The notes beneath the pieces are model-generated. The model worked only from the letters and a program-made list of their open reading frames with translations. It was not told the origin of the DNA and did no database searches. The position numbers and the translations under genes are program-made. Shown piece after piece: positions 1-6,065 of a stretch of 6,745 bases of DNA. Source of the DNA: a virus (Duplodnaviria; Heunggongvirae; Uroviricota; Caudoviricetes); the IMG/VR virus record IMGVR_UViG_2675903606_000013, positions 1 through 6,745 of that record; one strand, written 5' to 3'. Position 1 is the first letter of the stretch; each line of letters starts with the position of its first letter.

Positions 1-76
1 GGCCCTTTAGCTCAGTGGTGAGAGCGAGCGACTCATAATCGCCAGGTCGCTGGTTCAAATCCAGCAAGGGCCACCA
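1..76 (+). tRNA. ileZ: tRNA-Ile2-like (anticodon CAU; formally also readable as Met)
   Basis: Hand-folded cloverleaf with canonical numbering: perfect 7-bp acceptor stem (GGCCCTT/AAGGGCC), D-arm GCTC/GAGC, anticodon loop CT-CAT-AA, T-loop TTCAAAT, discriminator A and encoded CCA. Closely resembles E. coli ileX/ileY-type tRNA as remembered. The symbol follows the 933W ileZ-argN-argO naming and is tentative. Confidence 0.88.
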
Positions 77-83
77 TCACATA

Positions 84-157
84 CCGCCATTAGCTCATCA
101 GGAAAGAGCGCCAGCCTTCGAAGCTGGCTGCGCGGGGTTCAAGTCCCCGAAGGCGGT
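84..157 (+). tRNA. argN: tRNA-Arg (anticodon UCG)
   Basis: Cloverleaf: D-arm GCTC/GAGC, anticodon stem CCAGC/GCTGG with loop CT-TCG-AA, 5-nt variable loop, T-arm CGGGG-TTCAAGT-CCCCG. The acceptor stem has one A-A mismatch (positions 6-67) and the 3' end is TCA, not CCA. The symbol is by position in a 933W-like cluster and is tentative. Confidence 0.72.
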
Positions 158-173
158 TCATTATCTGTATCCT

Positions 174-250
174 GCGTTGTTAGCTCAGCCGGACAGGGCA
201 ATTGCCTTCTAAGCAATCGGTCACTGGTTCGAATACAGTAGAACGCGCCA
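174..250 (+). tRNA. argO: tRNA-Arg (anticodon UCU)
   Basis: Cloverleaf: D-arm GCTC/GGGC, anticodon stem ATTGC/GCAAT with loop CT-TCT-AA, T-loop TTCGAAT, discriminator G and encoded CCA. One mismatch each in the acceptor stem (G-G) and the T-stem (G-A). The symbol is tentative. Confidence 0.72.
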
Positions 251-265
251 CACTTATTTTCCCTG

Positions 266-289
266 GCTCGCTTTTGCGGGCTTTTTTTT
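266..289 (+). terminator. Intrinsic terminator downstream of the tRNA cluster
   Basis: Hairpin GGCTCGC-tttt-GCGGGC (6 bp including one G-U pair) directly followed by T8 (282-289). Confidence 0.75.
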
Positions 290-500
290 AAATGTCTCAC
301 AATTCAGGCGGTTGACTGTTGTCTGGTTTGCGGGGAGTTTGTTAAAAGAAACTGGCATGGTGAATCCCCCTGTGCGGAGGGGCAATCAGCAACTGGTGTT
401 TTGTCACCGACCCTTATCCTTTCTGTGCGGGTTCAGGTGCTGATACTGAACTCACCGGGAGGCACCCGGCACCATGCAATGGCACATAGCGCCACTCTCC

Positions 501-527
501 AGCCCCTCTCCGGAGGGGCTTTCTTAT
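501..527 (+). terminator. Intrinsic terminator (+ strand)
   Basis: Perfect 8-bp hairpin AGCCCCTC-tccg-GAGGGGCT followed by TTCTTAT. Confidence 0.65.
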
Positions 528-531
528 GGAC

Positions 532-560
532 AAAAAAAGCCCGCGCAGGGAGACGCGGGC
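532..560 (-). terminator. Intrinsic terminator oriented for leftward transcription
   Basis: 7-bp GC-rich stem GCCCGCG/CGCGGGC with an 8-nt loop. The A7 run at 532-538 on + becomes a U7 tail on the minus-strand transcript. It faces the + terminator at 501-527. Confidence 0.6.
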
Positions 561-753
561 GGCAAGGAATAAACAACAAAACGTGAAGTAATATTTCAGC
601 TGGCGAATAATATCCGACAGTAATCACTCTGCGCAATAGCGCGGCCTTTTTCGTATTGCGGGCTGTTGTCTCTCTTCTGCCATTGTCCTGTAACTTCCGG
701 ACTTCAGCCCGCTCCTCATTTTACTCACAATATTATCCAGGCCGGGAGGATTC

Positions 754-2715
754 ATGGCATTTAAACACTATGACGTGGTCAGGGCGGCGTCGCCGTCAGA
801 CCTTGCGGAGCGACTGACACAAAAACTGAAGGAGGGGTGGCAGCCATTTGGCAGTCCGGTGGCCATCACGCCTTATACCCTGATGCAGGCCATTGCGGCG
901 GAAGGTGATGTCACCACACCTGTGGTGGTGAAGCCGTCGGATGGAGAAGGCGCAGTTATCAGCACCACCAGCAACCCGGAGTATTACTTTGTTGTTGCCC
1001 TGGCCGGGCAGTCAAACGGTATGGCGTATGGTGAAGGGCTTCCGCTGCCGGAGACATATGACCGTCCGGACCCGCGTATTAAACAGCTGGCGCGTCGCAG
1101 CACTGTCACGCCGGGTGGTGCGTCCTGTAACTACAATGACATTATTCCTGCGGACCACTGCCTGCATGATGTTCAGGATTTGAGTAAGTTTTCACACCCG
1201 AAAGCCAGCGCAGCTCAGTATGGATGCGTGGGGCAGGGATTACATATCGCGAAGAAATTGTTGCCGTTTATTCCGGCGAATGCCGGTATTCTTCTGGTTC
1301 CGTGCTGCCGTGGTGGTTCTGCATTTTTGGCGGGCGATGAAGGTACCTTCAGCGAATCCACCGGCGCAAGCGAGACCTCGGCACGCTGGGGTGTAGATAA
1401 GCCACTGTACAAGGACCTGCTTACCCGTACTCAGGCCGCACTGAAGGCTAACCCTAAAAATATTCTGCTTGCAGTGGTCTGGATGCAGGGCGAGTTTGAT
1501 TTGAAACAGGGTGCATACGCCACTCAGCCGGGGCTGTTTGATTCCATGGTGGAAAAATATCGTTCTGACCTGTCGGAATTCGGAGGTCAGTGTCTCGGGG
1601 GCTCTCCGTCATCGGTTCCCTGGATTTGTGGCGACACGACCTACTACTGGAAGCAGACTTATTCTTCGCAATACGATGCGGTGTATGGTGCATACAAGAC
1701 GAAATCCGCAAAAAAAATCTTCTTTGTGCCGTTTATGACGGATGAAAACGGGCGAAATGTGGGTACCAACGAGCCGTCAGAAGATCCGGATGTTGCGGAT
1801 ATTGGGTATTACGGAGCCGGTGGTCGAACGGACGCCAAAACCTGGACGACGGCCGACCGTAAAACGCATTTTGGATCATGGGCACGTCGTGGGATTATTT
1901 CCGACCGTCTGGCAACGGCGATTCTTGTGCATGCCGGGAGAACCGCTGAATTCATTACCGGAAAACAGCCTGATACGGTGAAGCCCACCGGACCTTCCGG
2001 TGAAGGTACGGAGAGAGAGCCGGAAGCCCCGGTCAGTAACCGAACCCTGATGAGTCTGCTGGCGTCCGGCGAAGACCTGGCATCACAGGGCTGGCGCTAT
2101 TATCACAAACCGGCGAGCGGAGACAATGTTAACAAAAACATTGCTGAAGCGGTGGTCAGTGATGCGGGGGCTACGGGAGGTAAGGCCCTGCAACTGAATA
2201 AACCGGAAAACCACATCTGGTTTCTGGAGCATGATGCAGCCGGACAGGGAGTGGAGTTACTGAAGAAGGGGGGACGTGTGAGCGTACGGTTTAAGTTGCC
2301 GGGTTCACTGGTGCCGAATCGGTTTGCCCTGGGCATTTACTGGCAGTTGTCGTCCCTGCCGGAGGGAGTGACGCTGGCAGAGGAAGGCAACGACATGCTG
2401 ATGTCCTTCTTCCTGCAGACGGATGCGACGAACCTGAACGCGATGTACCACAAGAAGCCGAATGCGAAGCTGGATACGTTCGGGGTCTTTGATAACGGAT
2501 GGCACACACTGGCTTTTGAGTTTGCCGGAAACAACAGCATTCAGGTGACGCCGGTACTGGATGAGAAACGGGGGACGCCGTTCACACTGGTGAAATCTCC
2601 GGCATCAGGGGCGGCGGACAAACTGCAACTGACAGGCATATCAAAGGCGGCGACATATACGCTGCTGATTGACAGTGTGAAGGTGGAAGTGAACAACGCG
2701 GATGCCGCGGCATGA
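754..2715 (+). CDS. nanS-p: Prophage sialate O-acetylesterase, NanS-p type (N-terminal DUF1737-like region, SGNH/DUF303 esterase domain, C-terminal lectin-like domain)
   Basis: 653-aa ORF with SD GGGAGGA 6 nt upstream of the ATG. The block YYFVVALAGQSNGMAYGEGLPLP...PRIKQLARR matches the GQSN catalytic-serine block of E. coli NanS/YjhS as remembered. Length and position (after the tRNAs, before the lysis genes) match the large esterase ORF of Stx-type phages. Confidence 0.9.
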   Translation: MAFKHYDVVRAASPSDLAERLTQKLKEGWQPFGSPVAITPYTLMQAIAAEGDVTTPVVVKPSDGEGAVISTTSNPEYYFVVALAGQSNGMAYGEGLPLPETYDRPDPRIKQLARRSTVTPGGASCNYNDIIPADHCLHDVQDLSKFSHPKASAAQYGCVGQGLHIAKKLLPFIPANAGILLVPCCRGGSAFLAGDEGTFSESTGASETSARWGVDKPLYKDLLTRTQAALKANPKNILLAVVWMQGEFDLKQGAYATQPGLFDSMVEKYRSDLSEFGGQCLGGSPSSVPWICGDTTYYWKQTYSSQYDAVYGAYKTKSAKKIFFVPFMTDENGRNVGTNEPSEDPDVADIGYYGAGGRTDAKTWTTADRKTHFGSWARRGIISDRLATAILVHAGRTAEFITGKQPDTVKPTGPSGEGTEREPEAPVSNRTLMSLLASGEDLASQGWRYYHKPASGDNVNKNIAEAVVSDAGATGGKALQLNKPENHIWFLEHDAAGQGVELLKKGGRVSVRFKLPGSLVPNRFALGIYWQLSSLPEGVTLAEEGNDMLMSFFLQTDATNLNAMYHKKPNAKLDTFGVFDNGWHTLAFEFAGNNSIQVTPVLDEKRGTPFTLVKSPASGAADKLQLTGISKAATYTLLIDSVKVEVNNADAAA

Positions 2716-2716
2716 T

Positions 2717-2753
2717 AAAAAAAGCCGCCAGCGGCAGGAACGGAAGCTGGCGG
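2717..2753 (-). terminator. Intrinsic terminator oriented for leftward transcription, abutting the nanS-p stop codon
   Basis: 8-bp stem CCGCCAGC/GCTGGCGG (2725-2732 with 2746-2753) and a 13-nt loop. The A7 run at 2717-2723 gives a U7 tail on the minus strand only; the + strand side has no U-tract. Confidence 0.6.
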
Positions 2754-2850
2754 AGGTAATCCCAATGGAGAATGTAAAGAAAAGATGCTTTCGTATATCG
2801 GTTTTTTAAATGAAAACAGTTCTCATTGTCAACCATAACGGTAAGAAACT

Positions 2851-3033
2851 ATGACATTTATTCATCAGGTGATGCTGTACTTCTGTACGGCGGTCTGTGT
2901 GCTGTATCTTCTTTCGGGTGGGTACAGGGCAGTGCGCGATTTCTGGCGCAGGCAGATTGATAAAAGGGCCGCAGAGAAAATCAGTGCCAGTCAGTCAGCC
3001 GGAACAAAACCCGAAGAGCCTCTCATTCCGTAG
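2851..3033 (+). CDS. Hypothetical small membrane protein (60 aa; N-terminal TM segment, basic C-terminus)
   Basis: ORF with a weak RBS. Hydrophobic stretch VMLYFCTAVCVLYLL followed by a charged tail. No family recognised. Confidence 0.35.
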   Translation: MTFIHQVMLYFCTAVCVLYLLSGGYRAVRDFWRRQIDKRAAEKISASQSAGTKPEEPLIP

Positions 3034-3070
3034 CAACTTTCTTAACAACACCTTTCAACGAGAAAATACC

Positions 3071-3340
3071 ATGTCAGAAATAAAATCGCTGGTCACTGCT
3101 GAAGCAGTGAAGGAAGTCCTGCGCTCTGAAGAAGTCAGAAGCGCACTGAAACAGCAACTTCGGCAGAACCTTGAGGCGCGTCTTGATGCAGAAGTGGATG
3201 CCATTCTGGATGAACTGCTGGGCGCACCGACTGTTCCGGAGCCGGAAGGCATTGCGGATGACAGTGCTGTTTCAGATGGCGTCGGGTCTCAGCCTGATGG
3301 TAGCAGTGAGCCTCAGCCTGACGGCGAAATGATGATGTAA
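3071..3340 (+). CDS. Hypothetical acidic protein (90 aa from the internal ATG; helical N-terminus, D/E/P-rich tail)
   Basis: Uses the internal ATG at 3071 of track ORF 2897..3340, with a weak GAGA SD 7 nt upstream. The 5' extension from 2897 overlaps the previous ORF out of frame and looks non-coding. No family recognised. Confidence 0.45.
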   Translation: MSEIKSLVTAEAVKEVLRSEEVRSALKQQLRQNLEARLDAEVDAILDELLGAPTVPEPEGIADDSAVSDGVGSQPDGSSEPQPDGEMMM

Positions 3341-3415
3341 CCATGCGCAGGGGCTGTCGGTGTGAGCTGATGCCCCTCTTGTTGTTGTGAGCTTCCGGAT
3401 TGCGGGAGACGGGGT

Positions 3416-3631
3416 ATGTACCAGATGGAAAAAATCACAACAGGTGTGTCATACACCACGTCAGCGGTGGGAACGGGCTACTGGTTCCTGCAGTTGCTGG
3501 ACAGGGTTTCCCCGTCTCAGTGGGCGGCAATAGGTGTGCTGGGAAGTCTGCTGTTTGGCCTGCTGACGTATCTGACAAACCTTTATTTCAAGATTAAAGA
3601 AGATAAGCGTAAGGCGGCGCGGGGAGAGTAA
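3416..3631 (+). CDS. S: Class II holin, phage 21 S-type pinholin (71 aa), dual-start motif Met1/Met4
   Basis: The translation ([64 protein letters not shown]) closely matches the S21 pinholin as remembered, with two TM segments and a basic C-terminus. SD GGAGA about 7 nt upstream. Lies immediately upstream of a SAR endolysin. Confidence 0.88.
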   Translation: MYQMEKITTGVSYTTSAVGTGYWFLQLLDRVSPSQWAAIGVLGSLLFGLLTYLTNLYFKIKEDKRKAARGE

Positions 3632-3635
3632 AGCG

Positions 3636-3968
3636 ATGAAGAAAAAATACGAACTGGTTGTTAAAGGGATAAATAATTACCCGGATAAGATTACTGTTAC
3701 TGTGGCACTGGAAATTGGTGGGTATCCGTCACTGTTGTTGCCAGATGTGGCGATTAGTCTTGACCGTACTGAAGGTGCCACGCTGGAGTTTTACGAAGCT
3801 GAGGCGAAAAAGCAGGCGAAGCAGTTTTTCATGGATGTTGCTGCCGGGTTATGTGAAGGGGATGGTCCGTTGCCGGAAAAGCGGCCCATCATTTTAGAGG
3901 CGCAGGATGTGTTGATAATCTACAGAGGAAAACTACCGGGAATAATTACTGGTTCTCTGAAGACTTAA
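3636..3968 (+). CDS. Hypothetical protein (110 aa) inserted between holin and endolysin; no TM segment or signal peptide
   Basis: Strong SD GGGAGAG 7 nt upstream; the start is 4 nt after the holin stop. Soluble-looking sequence. It sits where some E. coli prophages carry a ydfR/DUF1327-type gene, but membership cannot be verified from memory. Confidence 0.65.
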   Translation: MKKKYELVVKGINNYPDKITVTVALEIGGYPSLLLPDVAISLDRTEGATLEFYEAEAKKQAKQFFMDVAAGLCEGDGPLPEKRPIILEAQDVLIIYRGKLPGIITGSLKT

Positions 3969-4010
3969 CATATCCAGGGATTTGAAATCGATAAACCCTG
4001 ATAAATATCC

Positions 4011-4544
4011 ATGAACACCAAAATCAAATACGGCCTGTCGGCTGCCGTTCTGGCGCTGATTGCCGCAGGTGCGCCTGCGCCTGAAATCCTCGACCAGTTT
4101 CTGGATGAAAAGGAAGGTAACCACACCACGGCATACCGTGATGGCGCGGGTATCTGGACCATCTGTCGCGGTGCCATTCTGGTGGATAGTAAACCTGTCG
4201 TCCCGGGCATGAAGTTGTCGAAGGAAAAATGCGACCAGGTTAACGCCATTGAACGTGATAAGGCGCTGGCATGGGTGGAGAAAAACATCAGAGTGCCACT
4301 GACCGAACCCCAGAAAGCGGGGATCGCGTCATTCTGTCCGTACAACATTGGTCCCGGTAAGTGTTTCCCGTCGACGTTTTATAAACGAATTAATGCAGGT
4401 GATCGAAAAGGTGCCTGCGAAGCGATTCGCTGGTGGATTAAGGACGGTGGCAGAGACTGCCGTATTCGCTCAAACAACTGTTACGGTCAGGTATCCCGTC
4501 GCGACCAGGAGAGTGCGCTGGCGTGCTGGGGAATTGACAGATAA
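4011..4544 (+). CDS. R: SAR endolysin, T4-lysozyme-like (GH24) phage lysozyme R, 177 aa
   Basis: N-terminal Gly/Ala-rich signal-anchor-release segment YGLSAAVLALIAAGAPAP. Catalytic triad spacing E35-x8-D44-x5-T50 within EGNHTTAYRDGAGIWT. The size and sequence match the Stx-phage/phage-21 R family as remembered. Confidence 0.92.
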   Translation: MNTKIKYGLSAAVLALIAAGAPAPEILDQFLDEKEGNHTTAYRDGAGIWTICRGAILVDSKPVVPGMKLSKEKCDQVNAIERDKALAWVEKNIRVPLTEPQKAGIASFCPYNIGPGKCFPSTFYKRINAGDRKGACEAIRWWIKDGGRDCRIRSNNCYGQVSRRDQESALACWGIDR

Positions 4545-4633
4545 GCAGAATATTTTGCTGAAAAATAAGGCGTGGCCACGCGGGCGGATAACACGAAATC
4601 CTGCGAACTGGCGAAACGTAAGTGAATAAAAGT

Positions 4634-4677
4634 AAAAACCCCGTTTGTTGGCACCAAGCGGGGGTTTGTGTTTCTGA
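4634..4677 (+). terminator. Intrinsic terminator-like hairpin downstream of R
   Basis: A-run, stem CCCCG/CGGGG (extendable with A-U pairs), a 15-nt loop, then TTTGTGTTTCT. Confidence 0.5.
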
Positions 4678-4700
4678 CCTTGAGTAAGGCAAGGGAGAAC

Positions 4701-4883
4701 ATGGCGAAGTATAAACGAATTCTGTTGAGGTTGACCATGAAAAACGGCCTTGAACTGAAAGCGCCTGTAACTGATGACATCAGCAGAGCACTGGCTTTTG
4801 CCATTAAGTGGGTGGCGGTCGGTGTTGCTGTGTCCCCGATGCTGTATGGGCTGGCAAAACTGGTCATTGCGTTGAAATCGTGA
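4701..4883 (+). CDS. Hypothetical small membrane protein (60 aa; basic N-terminus, C-terminal TM segment)
   Basis: ATG at 4701 preceded by AAGGGAGA (short spacing). C-terminal hydrophobic segment [22 protein letters not shown]. The track ORF begins at a GTG inside the terminator hairpin, which is judged unlikely to be the start. Confidence 0.45.
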   Translation: MAKYKRILLRLTMKNGLELKAPVTDDISRALAFAIKWVAVGVAVSPMLYGLAKLVIALKS

Positions 4884-4897
4884 AGGGAGGATTAAGC

Positions 4898-5029
4898 ATG
4901 TCAGACAAACTCATAACGCTGGCGAAGATCCTCTGTGTAATTGTCGGCATTTCATTTTCACTAATGCTGGTTGCTCTTTTTCTTTCCATGGCCTGGATGA
5001 TGTTGTCTTCGTCGGGGCTGCTGGGGTGA
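4898..5029 (+). CDS. Hypothetical 43-aa hydrophobic peptide (single TM segment)
   Basis: ATG at 4898 with a strong SD AAGGGAGGA 7 nt upstream that overlaps the stop of the previous ORF. Translation [43 protein letters not shown]. Its stop TGA (5027-5029) overlaps the GTG at 5026 at the head of the Rz ORF. Confidence 0.45.
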   Translation: MSDKLITLAKILCVIVGISFSLMLVALFLSMAWMMLSSSGLLG

Positions 5030-5526
5030 ACATAAACCGAATGCTTTCCGCGTTTATCGTTATTCTGCTGGTGGCCTGTGGTGCGCTGTGGATGGCAACA
5101 GACCATTACCGTGATAACGCGATTACCTACAAAGCGCAGCGCGATAACAAAGCCAGTGAACTGAAGCTGGCGAACGCAACCATTACTGATATGCAGGTGC
5201 GCCAGCGCGATGTTGCTGCGCTCGATGCAAAATACTCGAGGGAATTAGCCGATGCGAGAGCTGAAAATGAAACTCTTCGCGCTGACGTTGCCGCTGGTCG
5301 TAAGCGCCTGCGGATCAACGCCACCTGTCCAGGCTCCGTGCGTGAAGCCCCCACCACCTCCGGCGTGGATAATGCAACCGGCCCCCGACTGGCAGACACC
5401 GCTGAACGGGATTATTTCATCCTCAGAGAACGGTTGATGACAATGCAGAAGCAGCTGGAAGGGGCGCAGGAATATATCCGCACTCAGTGCACTAAGCTGG
5501 CTTTTTATTATCCGGAGGATATATGA
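5026..5526 (+). CDS. Rz: Rz inner-membrane spanin (i-spanin)
   Basis: N-terminal TM segment ([16 protein letters not shown]) followed by [14 protein letters not shown]...[19 protein letters not shown]...[11 protein letters not shown], closely matching lambda Rz as remembered. Start is either the GTG at 5026 (coupled to the upstream peptide) or the ATG at 5041. Confidence 0.9.
   Translation: MNINRMLSAFIVILLVACGALWMATDHYRDNAITYKAQRDNKASELKLANATITDMQVRQRDVAALDAKYSRELADARAENETLRADVAAGRKRLRINATCPGSVREAPTTSGVDNATGPRLADTAERDYFILRERLMTMQKQLEGAQEYIRTQCTKLAFYYPEDI
5252..5437 (+). CDS. Rz1: Rz1 outer-membrane lipoprotein spanin (o-spanin), embedded in the +1 frame of Rz
   Basis: Lipobox LVVSAC, then the Pro-rich core [26 protein letters not shown], matching lambda Rz1 as remembered. 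The ORF lies entirely inside Rz. An alternative start is the ATG at 5267. Confidence 0.85.
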   Translation: MRELKMKLFALTLPLVVSACGSTPPVQAPCVKPPPPPAWIMQPAPDWQTPLNGIISSSENG

Positions 5527-5747
5527 AGAAATTACTGGTAACCGTAAAGCCTTTTCAGGGAACAATTCTGTTCCGTATTTTGCAGCGTGGTCGTGTTCTT
5601 GTTGAAGGTTCGTTCAGTGGTAAATGTACGCAATTACACTCCCGGACCTTTCAGGTGAATGCCACGAATGAAGAGCTAACCGTGGAGTGTACGATGAATG
5701 CCGCTAAATGCCGCATGGTATCCGCTGCATTACAGCCAGTGTGTTGA
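5523..5747 (+). CDS. Hypothetical protein (74 aa, four Cys), translationally coupled to Rz
   Basis: ATGA overlap with the Rz stop (ATG 5523-5525, TGA 5524-5526). SD GGAGG 5 nt upstream. No signal peptide and no recognised family. Confidence 0.6.
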   Translation: MKKLLVTVKPFQGTILFRILQRGRVLVEGSFSGKCTQLHSRTFQVNATNEELTVECTMNAAKCRMVSAALQPVC

Positions 5748-6022
5748 GCGACCTTATTATCCATGCGCGGTATTGTCGCCGTATTCCCGCATTAACAGAG
5801 ACCGCAGCCCGACCGGGAGACTCCTCTTCGCGAGTGTGCGGGGATAATCAAAAACGATACACACCGGGGTTTACCGCGTTAACGGAGCGCGGCGTTGCCC
5901 CTCATAGTCGCCTGTCCGGTGCGATGGTGGAAGAAGCCGGACGATGTGTTACCTCGCAAGCCCTGTTATGTGTCTGATTTGTGATTTAAGTCGGATAATT
6001 GTCGTTGCCATCAAGCAGAGGA

Positions 6023-6065
6023 TTGATGACCGACAGGGTGGCATTGTTAGAATAAGACTTATTCT
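6023..6065 (+). promoter_or_regulatory. Promoter-like element with an overlapping perfect palindrome, upstream of the TonB-C lipoprotein gene
   Basis: TTGATG at 6023-6028 and TAGAAT at 6048-6053 (a long 19-bp spacer). A perfect 8-1-8 inverted repeat AGAATAAG-A-CTTATTCT at 6049-6065 overlaps the -10 region. Confidence 0.4.

Noticed and set aside
401-636. Track ORFs 401..586 (+) and 433..636 (-) in the tRNA-to-esterase spacer
   Set aside because: Both run straight through strong terminator hairpins (501-527 and 532-560), have no RBS and show no recognisable protein features. Treated as non-coding.
251-753. Shiga toxin genes stxA/stxB expected between the tRNAs and nanS-p
   Set aside because: No ORF of the right size or character is present; the interval is only about 500 bp and non-coding. 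The prophage context is Stx-phage-like, but this copy does not carry the toxin.
941-2836. Many short ORFs on both strands inside or overlapping the nanS-p reading frame (941..1183, 1215..1412, 1454..1711, 1511..1738, 1742..1981, 2103..2336, 2291..2509, 2305..2505, 2337..2540, 2541..2765, 2582..2836)
   Set aside because: They are alternative-frame or antisense shadows of a long, well-supported gene. None has an RBS or a family signature.
2897-3070. N-terminal extension of track ORF 2897..3340 (start MCCIFFRVG...)
   Set aside because: It overlaps ORF 2851..3033 out of frame, has odd Cys/Arg-rich composition and no RBS. The internal ATG at 3071 is the more plausible start.
3400-3597. Track ORF 3400..3597 overlapping the holin in another frame
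   Set aside because: The holin frame (3416..3631) gives a clear S21-type pinholin. The overlapping frame has no features and is taken as a shadow ORF.
3055-5565. Minus-strand ORFs antisense to the lysis genes (3055..3252, 3135..3344, 3933..4124, 3965..4348, 4438..4692, 4487..4867, 4864..5106, 5127..5399, 5245..5565) and + strand frames 3715..3897 and 4348..4629
   Set aside because: They are antisense or out-of-frame to confidently identified genes and have no start signals. Typical spurious ORFs.
6049-6065. Fur box at the palindrome upstream of the TonB-C lipoprotein gene
   Set aside because: The best manual alignment to the 19-bp Fur consensus GATAATGATAATCATTATC gives only about 11 of 19 matches. 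Iron regulation is not supported by sequence alone.
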